DNA of 64,000 bases from the human T2T-CHM13v2.0 reference genome, Homo sapiens. The DNA lies in NCBI RefSeq assembly GCF_009914755.1, contig NC_060938.1, one strand, 5' to 3'. Both the position numbers and the translations under genes were made by a program. Every line of letters begins with the position of its first letter. Position 1 is the first letter of the stretch. Below the pieces are notes generated by a model. The model saw only the letters and a program-made list of their open reading frames with translations. It had not been told where the DNA came from and made no database searches. Below are positions 46,554-60,789 of this stretch, one piece after another.

Positions 46554-48949
46554 GCACTTTCAGAGACTTCTCTAACACATGTGAATATTGATAGCATATC
46601 CAAAAACTGCGGTGGTTTTCTGAATTAAAGAAGCTCCATTTTCATCACTGGTTGAAGGTGCCTGTTCCTCATAAGTAGATCTTTTTTGTCATTTTTATAC
46701 TCACTGAAACATTAAAGCGTGCTATTAAGTTTATGTGCTTGTAAAGAAATGTCTGTTATTGAAAAATTCCTGTGTCAGTTGCCAAGGATAGTTTGTATCT
46801 TCCACACATTTTAGTCTATTTGGTTGTTCCCAATTGTAGTAGTTTTAGAATCCAACACAGTTATGGCAGTAGTGAATAACTAGTACATTTTGGGCAGAGC
46901 AAGCACATTCATAATAGGAGATGTAGAAGTGAGTATGTATAAAGGATCCCATGTTCAGAGGTAGAAGATTTTATCTTTAAAAAGTAAAGATATTAGTTAC
47001 TTTGTTTGCTATAATAATATATGAATGACTAGCTTGGCAAAAAGAGAATTTGCGATAATTTTCAAAGATATTTTAAAGATTTGACTGGGTGTTTTTAACT
47101 CCTTGAACTGAGATCAATATATTTTACTCACAGTTTCATGATTAAGCAACAGATCATACCATCTGTGTTTAGCATGGCTCCCTAATAGTGTGTAACATGT
47201 AGTTTTGTCACTTTTAATTTAGGATGTTATTTTTTCCCTAAATGACAGAAGTGCTACTGTTTGCTAAGCAGTCTGTATGTGTTAACGTTTTTTCTGGTAT
47301 AGCAATTATAACTGATAAGGTATCCATAATTCATTTAATGCAGTTTCTTAAATGGCCAATTCCTTCTTTATGCGTACGGCAGACCATAATGGAGGATTTG
47401 TTTTACTTCTGTTTAATGGAAATAATTTCCTTTTCAGTTGACTGTCCTCTTAAATCTCCTTAAAAATAAGTTACTCTCCCCCCTTACTTAGTCTCATTTG
47501 TAGACTTAGACCCACTGTCTCAGCAGTAATGGAACTATCCTTAGAGCCAGGCAGAATTTGCCAACACAAGTGAAGATGTTGAGAAAGCGAATGAAGGTGA
47601 AGAGGAATAGTCTTTGAATTGCAAGATTATTTTTCCTTTCCCTGAATGTGAAATAAATATGTGATTGCATAAATTAAGTAAAATTAAGCATGATTAATCA
47701 TTGTTATTTCTATGACATCTGAGATTCCTTTGAAATCAATGATACTTTATGGAAATATCACCATTCTAATTTTGTAATCACATTGTATGTTTTGGAATCT
47801 TTATGCTGTTTGTGCAAAAAGGGCAAAATAACTTTTATAACAAGTGAATGGGGGAAATGCAATTATTTTCTTATGCTTTTAGGAGGAGCTGGCTTCCTAG
47901 TCAATTTAGAAAAAAGTTTCTGAGTTGATGCCATATTTTGCTTATATTGTATTTTTATTCAGGTTCTTCATTTTGTAACAAGCTAAATGCAGAAATAGAA
48001 CCTCAGTATTAATAAACATCATTCTTCACATCCACTCTTGACACAGCATCTCTCTCTTCCTGAAATTCCTATAGAAGTGTGCATGATGATTTGAAGCTTG
48101 TGTTATAAGAAACCTTCAATTTTTCAGCCAGGACAGGCTTTCACTTCCAGAAGGGACAACGGAAGCCTCAGAGATGGGTATTTATTCTACTCTTAAAGAT
48201 ATACAGAGAAGTTTCAAACCATCCATGCTCACCATTCAGCTGGGCTTTATTATCTGGCCCAAGTACCTCTTATGAGAGTTCCCTTGTTGTCCTCTACTTC
48301 TCAGTACACATTTGGAGCAAGTCTACATACCAGGTTCTGTGGGAGTGTACAGAGTAAGTAACAAAGACACTTTTTTCCTCAAGGAAAAACTAGTTTTTAG
48401 TCTCTCTTGTGTAGTAAAATTTTATATGCTGAAACAGTCATTAGGTCATCTACTTGTAATTAGACCACTTTGTCTTCTGGACAAAATAATCTAAATATTA
48501 GCTTTATTCTAGATTTATTGATAATCCTTTAAACATTTGGCTTAAATGACCCCATTTGATATTCTCCAAGTTCTCCAGCTCTCTCTCAAGTTCAGTCCAA
48601 TTGAGTTACACCCAGCCATGTGTTCATCTGACTTCCACGTGGTCTAGCTATTATCTCCTAAGAGTTAAGCAGATTTTTATAAATTCTGATTAACAAAACG
48701 CCCAGCTGAGGTTACATCCTTTATTTTACATGTACAGTATTTAATATAAGTAATAAATGTTGGGGTTTGTGTATCTGCCTCTCTCCAGATACATTTGTAG
48801 AGAGAAACAGCTATTAGTTTATAGTCCCTTTTTTGTCATCTAATAATCCTAGTAATTACAGAAAATACGGCAAACTCATCCTAGCCCTGCTGCTCGTATG
48901 TGTGCATGTTTGCGTGTGCATGCCCACACAGAGGAATGTAAGTTAGTCT

Positions 48950-50035
48950 GCCAATATTTGATAAATGCCTATTATGGGCATGATTAACACAAAATCTCTG
49001 GCTTAGTTGGTAAGGAAGGGGTGTTAAAAAGGGCCACAATAAACTGTGTTATGCACTGAGGAGTAAACTGGGAACGTAATCTTTGAGCCGAAGCTTGCAG
49101 GATCAATTATACTTTATCTGATAGAGAAAGTGGGACAAGTCATGTGGAGAGCTGGTTCTTTAGGAAAATTATAATTGGTGGCAAATGTCAACTGTGTCTG
49201 GAGATGGGGCTGAACAGGTGATTGAGAAGGGCTGTCCTTAGGAGCTGAAACCACAGAGAAGAAAGAGCCATTATTTAAGTGGTTCATGTATTCATTTAAA
49301 CTGTAAACAATGTAGCAATTGGATTGGAAGCTGGTGGGAAAGGGAGTCTGGGAAGCAGATATGGAGGTTACCTTGGTGGTCCAGGTAACTTGCATGAAGA
49401 CCTTGGATTAGGCAATGGAAGTGGAGATGAAAGGAGGTGTGTGGACTCCAAATGCTTGGTGACTAGTTTAATGTGGGCAATAAAAGAGGCTAAAGTTGAG
49501 TGCCTCTGGTTGTTCTAGCTTGGGCTTCTGAGTGCTGAAGAGACAAACTTAGGGAGGCAAGGGTAGTGAGGCAGAGAGAAGGGAATGAGTATCCAGATGA
49601 TTTTGGATTTTCGAGTTGTCTGTGTACTTGTAGGAAGAGACTAGAAGTCTTATATTTTAAACCATACATACCTGTTCACTTAATGAGAAAATAATGAGAC
49701 TACAAGTTTGGTCTTGAGCTCAGAAGAGAGGTTAGAGATGGAAATTGAGATTGATGGCTGAAATCATCAAGAGGCACCAAGTGCTGTGGGACTATAAGCA
49801 CGTAGATGGATCCCTCAGGAGTGAGGGATGGTGAGAAGACGGGAAGTTCAAGTGTGAGGGGAAAGAGCCTTAGAAACCAAGGAAACATGTTCATGAAGGC
49901 AAGTACAGTTGATAGTAAATGTCTTGTGCCACAGAAATGGAAAATTGACAAGATGATTGGATACCTTAATTAGGACAATTTGACTGAATCATCAGTGTTC
50001 AAAGCCAGATGGTAGTGACTTTAGAAGCAAATTGG
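48950..50035. mobile_element. L2 LINE fragments
   Basis: Purine-rich L2-like sequence (ggcaatggaagtggagatgaaagg..., agctcagaagagaggttagagatggaaatt). Confidence 0.6.
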
Positions 50036-51454
50036 GGACAGGGAAATAACTAATATTTACTGATACCTGTTATGCTGCATACATTTTATTAGATACTTCT
50101 TGGTTTTCCTGTTTAATTCTCATATGAACCATGTGAAGTGGGTATTTTGCACATAAGAAATTGAGTCTTAAGTGTTTGTCCAAACTGCACAACTAATATC
50201 ATAGTACCAAAGTTTAATTTCCAGTTATTACTCTTAAATTAATTGGTCTATGACTGTGATTAGATAGGTGGGATTATTATTTGTTAATAAAGTACATATG
50301 ACTTATGAAAGAAGACTTCTATCTGTATTCTGTCCAGTAGTAACACAAAAATTCCCACTCCAGTGTTACTCATGTTATCATCATATAATTGGTAGCAACA
50401 TAGCAGTAAGCCAACAAATATATAATAAATTGTATTATAGGCACCAAGAATCAGAATCTCTTATGAAGGCAAGGATATGCACACATACACTACATAAAAA
50501 CACAAGAGGGGCTTTATCTTAAGGCACATCTGACAGTTATGAAGGGATTTAGGCACTATATGAGACATGAAACTTGATAAATAAAATATTTTATTCAGAA
50601 GATATTAGCAAGGCTTTTCCCTTTTTAAATGTACATCACTGAGTCGTTAGGACCGGTCAGAATTTGGCAGCATTCTGTTCATAGTCATAAGTGTGTAAGA
50701 AGGCATTGGTTAAGCCAACTACTGTAACTTCCCAACTAAACTCTAATAATTGCTATCTAATGAATGTGTAAGTGCCAGTCAATGACTAATAATAAAATAA
50801 TTAACAGTCACTGGTAAAATAACATTATGACTGCAATAGTAAATAGTAAGAAAGGGCATTTATACCTATTGTAAACTTGTCCGTAGTTTGTAGAAAAGGT
50901 GACAAGGGCTGAGCATTTAATCAGACTATGCAAATAATAGAAAAGTGGAAGCTTTTGTAAGAATGTAGTTTCTATCTTATGTGGCCTTTTTTCCTAGAGG
51001 TTTACAAGCTTTAAAGCTGCTTCTTGGTGACATGATATAGTGTCCAAGGAAGGGGAGAAGCCACGGGCATTCCAGATGATTCTAGTCCATCAAAGAAAAT
51101 TTCTTGGATTGTGGTCCAAAAGCTGTAGAAAACAAGTTGTACATTAGGTGAAGGCATTAGGGATCATTACAGAAATATATAGCAATAACTTCAAATAGAA
51201 AAATTAAAGGAATTTGCAACTGAGGGGCTAGCACATGGTAAAGTTCGCTTTCTATAAGAAAATGAGGGGATTCCTCTCTTTTGGAAATTCATTGATAAAC
51301 TACACTTCTTTTTCTACCTACAAAATGCAAATTGACTGCTATTTGGAATCTGACAAGTGAATTTACACTTACATATCAAATCTTTTAGGAATTTTTGGGT
51401 GATTTTCTTCTTGGGAATTTAGGATGGACAGTTGAACTTTTTTTTTTTTCCTTT

Positions 51455-51620
51455 TTCTTTGATGAGATTCTAGTCATGTTTTAGTTTATATCATAGCAAA
51501 GAGGTTTTAAATGACCTCTTTATGAATGCAGTTGCTACTGCTTCCATTCGCATTTCCCTTGATCTCAGCATGGCTTTTGACACTGTCAACGGCGCTATCA
51601 TTTCAGAGTGCTTGAGGGAA
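51455..51620 (+). mobile_element. Ancient L2/CR1-clade LINE reverse-transcriptase fragment
   Basis: Translates *SCFSLYHSKEVLNDLFMNAVATASIRISLDLSMAFDTVNGAIISECLR, matching the clade pattern QSGFRxxHSTE..VxNDL...LDLSAAFDTVDH. Confidence 0.7.
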
Positions 51621-53280
51621 TTTTCATCCTTAAACACTCAATTTTACATCAAAATAACACTTGAAAAGCACAGTTTTGTAGGCAAATACTTTATCTAAAT
51701 GGTTTTTTCACGGATACTGAAAATTCTACTTAGTTAAAACAACAGCATATAGAGGTCTCATTATTTTAATTTAGCTTTGGAGAGATTTTCCATTTTATCC
51801 AGCCACCAGGAGCTGTTTTAAAGATGCTTTGCCTGTGGTCTGTTTGGTTTTCCATCAGCATAGGTGGCTTCATATAAGAGTAGTCACCTCTGCCTACTGA
51901 AGTGGGCAACAAGATGGACCCATGAAGCTTTGTTTTGAATTAGAAGTTACTGTTTAGCTGTGGTGTGTTGCTGGTATGAAATTAGTGATTTCTGTACCTA
52001 ATACCCTATTACTGCATTTACCTGTTAGATCTTAATATGGATAATGACATTTTGAAACTTTCTCCTAGTGAATGTGCTTAAAGACTGATTTTTTTTTTTT
52101 CTCATGATATGCTGGTTAAAGGAGAGGCATTCACAGGTATAGTCTGGCTTTCAGCTGTAGGGCACCCCAACTTTTAGTTTCAGTGTTACTTCACAAATAG
52201 AGCTCTTACTCCAAGATTATTGGTTATAAAGCTAGTGCCAGCTTTTGTGCTTTCATTGCATATTATGTCTCGCCAATTATTAAGACTTATAAATGTCACT
52301 TGAAAAATATAACTATCCTTACTCTTCATGTAATCCTGTCTAATGTGAAAGTCTGAAATTCACTTTTGGTTTCTGGACTCCACAGCTATTTTACTCAGTT
52401 GGCTGTATGCCAGCAACCCTTTTCTAAGCAATCCCTGAAGTTATAGGGACAAGTAAAAGTGAGGAGAACTTACTCGTAAATTCGGACAAACCAATGTTGA
52501 CCTTTCAGCAAATGAAGAGATGATGGTTGTGGTAGCTGGTAAGGTAGGGATTCAGAGTGGATTTCCTGACTTAATGTTGAAATGTGTTTCTTCTTGGCCA
52601 CTATACTGTTTGGAACTCATCACTACAGGTTTAAATTAGAGAACTATATGTTTTCAGTAATGGGAAAGAAATTTTTATTAAAAATAAGACATTCAATGCA
52701 TTTTACCATAAAATAGTTTAAGTTTATTAATCATTGCTGTGCAAAAATTGCATATTTCTTTGTCATAAGAGAATTCCAACATTTTATAATAAGTCAAAAA
52801 AGCTGAGCAGCTTTTTGCAATTCTGATTATGAAAAGCAATTGTGATTATTTTGGATTTGGGTCATTGATTACAAATATAGCAGTCTGAATTTTTCAGTGG
52901 GGGTTAAAAAAAACAATTTCCCTCTTGACTCTTTTGGATTTCTGAAGAAGAAAAAAGGGAAGGAAAAGACCAAAAGAAACAATAAAATACTAGCATTGGA
53001 GTGGGTCGGGGTAAATAATTTTAAAATGAATGAGCTCAGCCAGTTCCAGCAGCCAATGCTCCGTTGAAAAGAAATGATTGGTAGTCCATCTCCTTAGATT
53101 CTGAACAGAAGTGGAGGACACTTTTTACAGTGAAATAGACCTCATGTAATTGGAATGGATCCAAAATGGTTTTCCACTGGACACAATAGGTTGTCTTATG
53201 TAATAAAAGCAGCACAAGTAGACATGGTGTAAGTGGACCTAAAAGCTCTGAGCTGTGGCCATTCATGTGCAATAACTACC

Positions 53281-53587
53281 TTTTTTCTTTTTTTTTTTTT
53301 TTTTTTTGAGACAGAGTCTCGCTCTGTTACTCAGGCTGGAGTGTGGTAGCGCGATCTTGGCTCACTGCAACCTCCGCCTCCCAGGTTTAAGCAATTCTCC
53401 TGCCTCAGCCTCCTGAGAACCTGGGACTACAGGCGCACACCACCACGCCCAGCTAATTTTTATATTTTTAGTAGAGACAGGGTTTCACCATGTTGGCCAG
53501 GCTGGTCTCAATCTCCTGACCTCGTGATCCGCCCACCTTAGCCTCCCAAAGTGCTGCGATTACAGGTGTGAGCCACTGCGCCTGGCC
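53281..53587 (-). mobile_element. Alu (AluSc/Sg-like), full length
   Basis: Reverse Alu dimer; TSD aataa(c/a)tacctttt. Confidence 0.95.
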
Positions 53588-53749
53588 AAATAAATACCTT
53601 TTTAAAATGAAAAGTTCTTCGGTTCTGAAAAAACACAAAACGACAACCATGTCCATGATAACCTTTAACACATTGATAATGCAGGCTATGAGCAGTTCTA
53701 TATAGTTTTCTGGAATTTAGGACTGCAGTAATAATGACAGTAATTCAGT

Positions 53750-53900
53750 TTTAATGAGATAAGTGGTAGGATCACCATTTTACAACTGAAGAAACTGAGA
53801 CCCTGGGGTGGTGAAACTCACCCCAAGTTGTATAGCTAGTCAACAGCAGACCTGAGATTGGAACCAGTGAGCCTTATTTCAAAGTCTGTGCCTTGCAGCT
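53750..53900. mobile_element. MIR fragment
   Basis: ccattttacaactgaagaaactgaga...cccaagttgtatagctagt. Confidence 0.7.
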
Positions 53901-54289
53901 TACTTTCTCCAATTGTCACACAACCTCTTACATCTCAGGCACTTCTTGATGTGGGTACTTGAAAGATTTGGTTTTTAGCTATTGCCTTTGCAATACAACA
54001 GCAATGGCCTTTGCATCTGGGATTATATACTTCGTGTATCTGTTACAAAGATGATGGGAGCAATTTACCAATACCGCTTTTTCCTGATCTATGGAAGAAG
54101 GCAGTTTTAATTCATTGATTTAACTTTGTTGTAATATGCTCCCGAAGGACCAGGCTTAAATTTATAGAAATTTCACTTTATTTTTCTTCGTGGCCATTGA
54201 TTAAAATTGAGATGAATGAATATGCCAAAACTTCTTGGCTTTTTCTGTTCTGTTGAAAAATTTAAGAAGTAATGGAAGCCCAGTGTAAT

Positions 54290-56270
54290 CAATGCAAAAA
54301 AAGAATAAATTGTTGAATATTATGAAGAATTATTTGCTAGAAGAATGCAAGAGAAAATTCAACTGTATAGATGCTAAAGTAGCACATTATGTATAAAATG
54401 TGACTGAAATAAGAAACATAATTGAATTAGCATGAGGACATTAAGTGATAAAATGAATGTTTTTAGTGACTAAGGGTGAGTAGTTGGACTATTATAGTGA
54501 AAATCTCCATCAAGGCATCTGAGATATTTAAGACTTAAATGTGACTTTGATGTAGCCTCTGGCAACATCTGAGGAGTTTCAAGACAAAACTGAATCATTT
54601 ACATGGCATCTTATTACTAAATAAGATTGTTTGATTCACCATCAACTAAGATTATTATTATTTTCTTGAAGCAAGCAATCCACCAGGAATTGTAATGTAT
54701 CTGTTGGATTTTAAAAGGCCATTATAATTGGTACTATTTTAATTGAAGTACAAATTTCAAAGTCAATATATGTGTGAGTACCAATGGGTACATATACACA
54801 TCAACCAGATTTTTGCTGTTTGTGTCTTCAGCTAATATCAAGATTAGTGGAAATTGTAACAATGAGCAAAGCCTAGTATACGTTACATAAGAATTAAGCC
54901 AGGATTTATAATATTTATAATACTGTCAATAATTTCTGGAGTTAATTTAAATTTAACATCTCAAGAATGGCCCAGTATCTTTGTCGTGTTAGTTGGAAAC
55001 ATGAAAATATATGTGTTTCTAGAGCTATTTGGCTAACATTTATAATATGAATCCCAAGTTTGGGAAATCTGTTAATCTAGATTTAAATATGGAATTCTGT
55101 TGTGAAATAGACTAGAGATTCTCAATAGTTTTTGGGGAGAAAGGGAGGTACAACTTTCTGAACAGAATTATCTGGTAGGTGTGGAGGGTTTTTAAAATAC
55201 AAGCTCTCCTGCTTTTCCCAAAAATGAGGGATGGTGTAACATCTTTCTCATCTTGTGGAGAATTGGACATAATCTATCACTTTCTTTTTTTTTTTTAATT
55301 ATACTTTAAGTTTTAGGATACATGTGTACAATGTGCAGGTTAGTTACATATGTATACATTTGCCATGTTGGTGTGCTGAACCCAGTAACTCGTCATTTAA
55401 CATTAGGTATATCTCCAAATGCTATCCCTCCCCCCTCCCCCCACCTCACAACAGGCCCCGGTGTGTGATGTTCCCCTTCCTGAGTCTATCACTTTCTTGA
55501 TGGGAGTTTGTAATATCTTCAGGGTTTTGGTAATCAGTGAATAAGACTGACACATTTAAATCATCTTTTACTATAAGTGCCTATCACAGGTCATTAAATA
55601 TAGTAGTCATACAGTAATTATTACTTGAATACATATAAAGCTATAAGCTAAGCATAAAACTTTTAAAGGATTGGTTTAATTCTTCTTTGAGGCTAGAAAA
55701 CACACTTGAAAAGATTCATTGGTTCAATGAATTAAGGATGGAAAAAAAGTACATCCATGCCCCAACATCATGCTCAGTCAACTGTGATTCCATTGTGCTT
55801 TCTCTCTGGTCCAGAGAGATACAAAACATCTATGTGTTTATGTATAAATAGAGTCTTCCAACAATTTTTTCCATCAATTCCAAATCTAAGGAAATAAAAT
55901 GGTGTCTAAGGAAGAGGGAATGAGACAGGGTTCCAGTGATCTCATGTGTGCTGTAAACATAAAATGCTGAAATGAATGTGTGAAAATTTATATGAAATTC
56001 TGCAGTTAGACATAAAAACAACGGGGCTTCTTTGAGTGATAGGGTTATATACTTGACATGCAATGGAACCTGACTTCAAGGTACTTGGACAGTATTTTCT
56101 TAGAATATATTCTGTCGTGACAAGGAAAGAAAGAGGAAGAACTGGATGCATGATTAAATACTGCTTTATCATTAAAAGTTAGTTCTGGAGGATATACTCC
56201 ATTTGGTAAGTGGAATATATTCAGTAAAGCTATAGCTGGCAAAAGTTTCTTCATGATAGAGGTTTTCTCT
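54290..56270 (+). mobile_element. Probable ancient RTE-type LINE RT relic, fragmented and interrupted
   Basis: Collinear RT motifs: YLLDFK(K)A-like at ~54698-54720 and GMRQGS at 55917-55934. Confidence 0.35.
55287..55484 (-). mobile_element. Very short 5'-truncated L1PA3/4-like 3' end
   Basis: Reverse L1 3'UTR; 14-bp TSD tctatcactttctt at 55273-55286 and 55485-55498. Confidence 0.95.
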
Positions 56271-56879
56271 TCTCTTGACTTCCTATGGGATTATTATGAC
56301 TTACTCCCAGTGGTTGGGAACTTAAAATTGGGTGTCTGTCTAGATGAGTAATATTCTGTTTAGTACATCAGAACAGTCTTTTAATTACCTCCAGTGAGGA
56401 TCACAAATGGCTTGTCAAGCATATAAAATCAGATAAAACTGAGCATCCAACTATAGGATTTTGAGACTGTTCACATGTTACCATCAGTTGCCCTTTCTGC
56501 CGCCCAGCTAGCATCTATGTGCACATTGGCTTCCTCCCATTGCACCAAAACCCATACCATTCAATCAGTTTTTCCTGGATTGGGCTTTTTATTCACTACA
56601 TTGTTACTTCCAAAATTACAAATAGTGGTATAAGAATTAAATGGTTTTCTTCACATTATTAATTTTAACTTGCCAACAGGAGAGGTGGGAATCTTATATC
56701 ATTGGAGTGTATTGGTGGTTGGGTGAATTGAGAAGATGTGGACGGGGTGGAGGATGTGGTTTCTTAAATTATTTTTAAGCCCTGAGTATGTTGGCATATT
56801 AAAGAATTGTATTCCTCAGACTTTCTCCTCCTGACAATTTGTTTCATATTGTGCTTCTGTTCTGAATACAAGCTCCATA

Positions 56880-57087
56880 CAATACTGCACAGTCCGGAAT
56901 GGTAGCCATTAGCCCTATGTGGCTCTTTAAATTTTAATTAGTAACATGAAATAAAAATATGTTTCCTCAGTTGCACTAGCCTCATTTCAAGTGCTTATTG
57001 GCCACATGGGGCTAGTGGCTACTGTAATAAACAGTGCAGATCGTAGAACACTTCCATTATCACAGAAAGTTCTACTGGACAGAACTG
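56880..57087. mobile_element. MER3-type hAT-Charlie DNA transposon
   Basis: gtagccattagccctatgtggct...tttcaagtgct...ccacatggggctagtggctac...agaaagttctactggacag. Confidence 0.8.
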
Positions 57088-58899
57088 ATTGAATGTAGTC
57101 TCAGATTTCCACGTGCTTTCCCTGTCTACTCCCACTTCTTGGCCTTCCAGTCCTATAATATTCTGCCTGCATGATTTTTTTTTTCAAGAGAAAGAGTTGC
57201 TGAATTTAAGGGATTTTCATTTTTTAGGGTACTTTGCATGTTGTTTGCTGTCAGTGCTCCTTCTTAATAATTATAGTAGTACTCCCTTATTCTGAATATA
57301 TATTAAAACATTTTTCGGTAGGCCTATGATGAAGTGTACTTTCACCACTCCTCTTTGGTGGTGTGGTTCAGTACCTTGGTTTTAATTCATAGAAACACCA
57401 CTGCTGCACAGTAAATTACATTGAAATAAGTGTGGCATATCTTGACATAAATATCCCATGAAAATGAGGAAAAACAAGTTTGACACTCAGGTGGCTAATA
57501 CATCACTCAGATATTAGGAAATGGATTGCACTCTTGTTGACAGAAAGTAAGGGGATAGAAGATGATTTCAGTAATATGTAAGTAGGGAAAAGAACACAGA
57601 AAAAAACAGTCACTATTTTGAGCTCATTTTGCTGTTTTTAGGGGTGAAAATGTAGAACATCAGCAGGTGACCATTGTGTAAGTGGGTTATCCTTTCCCGT
57701 TACTCACTGGCCAGTGTGTCTTATTTCTTTCTAGAAGTGTTGGTGTTGGCAGTATTTATCTCTGTTCTTCTGTGAATTCTCTCATTTGCATTGAATGTAT
57801 TTATTAAATCATGCATGCTTCACCGTGTCATTTCCCTTTCATACTTCAGTTTTGTTTTGCTTTTCCCATCGATGCAGGATTATAATTCTTAGCTCTCAAG
57901 TGCATTCAATATTCAATAGAGAAGAATCACTAAAAAATGGTCTTTAAAAAAAGTATCAGAAATTCCTCCTTTTCTTGCTGTAGAACAGCAGAGAAAATAG
58001 CAAAAGGTATAGCAAAAGATGAGAAGTGTTATGGGAGGGAGAAGAAAGGTCAAGAAAGCTATCAGGACTGGCTGCATTTGGAAGTGAATGATGGAATTAA
58101 GAAAGCCTATTGACTATGGCCAAACATAACGGGGAAATCCTAAAGCTGCTTGGTATCAGTCCATCAATTCAAAAAGCAATCTGTATGTTTGCCTCTTCTT
58201 TGCTTTTGGACAAACAATGGCAGAGCATCAGGGCAGCCTCCCAGGAGAAGTAATTTCTCAACAGTTTGTTGTATGTGGGATGCCATCATAGTTTAATCAT
58301 ATTGATACCAAAACTGTACAATGGAATGCATTGTGAGACAGTGATTGGCACCTGCAGTCACTTAGTATTTTGTCAAGAATTTGACATGCCAATGAATTGC
58401 GAGAGCAATGTATGCTTGCTTGAAATTGATCATGAAGCACCTCATGTTAAGCATCTTGATGTTTTCGGCTAATGTAGGTCATTGCTGGGCTTTATAGCTT
58501 TCACTCCTGCTTCAGTTTTGTTACCAAGGGGGAAATGATGATGGGTGTGAGCTATTGAAAACATTTCACAGCAGACTACTACTTTTTAGAATGGACTCCA
58601 AAGTGAATTGGCACACTGGCCTCCATTTATTTAATGACTTCCTCCATGATTATCAAAATAAAATGAGCCTACTATGGAGAATTTTAAAAGTACAGACAAA
58701 TATAAAGATGAAAATAGATAATTCTATGAATCACAGTAGCTACTGTTTAGAATTTGGAGCTATTTCTATACAGTTTTTCAAAATTAAGTATGCTTTGGTA
58801 AACTGATTTTTAAAAATTACTTTGCTAGCATGTCTCATATCATTAAATATTTTAAAACATTTTAAGAGTATACAATACATATATGGATATACTATAATC

Positions 58900-60030
58900 C
58901 TCTATGATTAGATATTTAGATGGTTTCTTATGTGTTTGATATTATAAATATACTCGTGATGCACATCTTTGCGTACATTTTGTATGAATGTTTACATTCC
59001 TTGAGATTGTGATATGAGAATAGAATTGGGATGAAGGATGTACAGCTGAAGGCTGTATACGATCTGATACGTATCGATAGATAGCTTTCCAGCAAGTATG
59101 CCATCGCATTTCCAGCAGTGTGTGAGGATGACATCATTTCGCCACACCTTTGTCAACACCAGTGGAATTTTTAGGACATTTCTTAATTTGATAGTAAAAA
59201 TTAGTATTCCATTGAAAATCACTTAATATTAAACAATTTATTTATTTTTATCACTTATTTCTTTTGCCATTCAATGGGCTCTACCTATTTTTCTGTTAGA
59301 ACTTTAGTGATTTTAATTAATTGCTGTGAACTGGTTATTAAGGCTGTAACATTTTTAGCCTTAGTACTTTGTACAATTTTACTTCTGCTCCTAATTTTTA
59401 TTTTATTTTAATTTGTATAAGCTTTTTTTTTTTTTTTTTTTTTTACTAAAATCTGTCACCTCTTCCTTCTGGGATTTTTTTTCAGTACTTTTACACTTAA
59501 AAAGGAATACTTCCCTATCCAAACAACACAAGACATACACTAACATTTTTTAGCCTTAACTGCTATAGTGCTGAAGTTATGTTGACATCTAATAAATGTG
59601 GTTCTGATGCTAGCTCTTAGTACAGTATGTGGCATATAGTGGGTTCTAAAAGGATAACTGAACATACTGAATGATTTCATGCCCTATACTAGGATCCAGG
59701 CCATTTTTTTCTGTGCCATATGTCAGTGTTTGTATTCAAATCATACTGCTTTAATTGCCATATTTTTATAATATGTTAGTATCTGGTAAGGGAAAAAAAA
59801 CTTTGTCCTACTTCTCTTTTCTAAATTTTCCTTGAAATCTTGACATATTGGTTTCTCCAAGTAAGCTTTTACATCTTTTGTTAACTTAAGGAATATCTAT
59901 TTGATCTTTTTATTGGGGAATAGAAAGGATTATTATTTCTGAAGTATTCTATCTTTCCATTGAGGAATATGACACATATCTATATTTGTTCATGCATTCC
60001 TTTTTGTCCTGGAGAAAAATTTGGCAGTTC
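58900..60030 (-). mobile_element. Old L1ME-type fragments
   Basis: T-rich decayed reverse L1 (tttccagcagtgtgtgagg..., catactgctttaattgc). Confidence 0.5.
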
Positions 60031-60057
60031 TCTTGATTTCAATAGAAATACCACTTA

Positions 60058-60414
<357 letters not shown>

Positions 60415-60439
60415 TTATAAGGTTAAAAAAAGTTATCCT

Positions 60440-60733
<294 letters not shown>

Positions 60734-60789
60734 GTATCCTGTTCTCTTAGCTTTTCAATCCTTTTCATAAAACCTATTATTGTTTGCAA

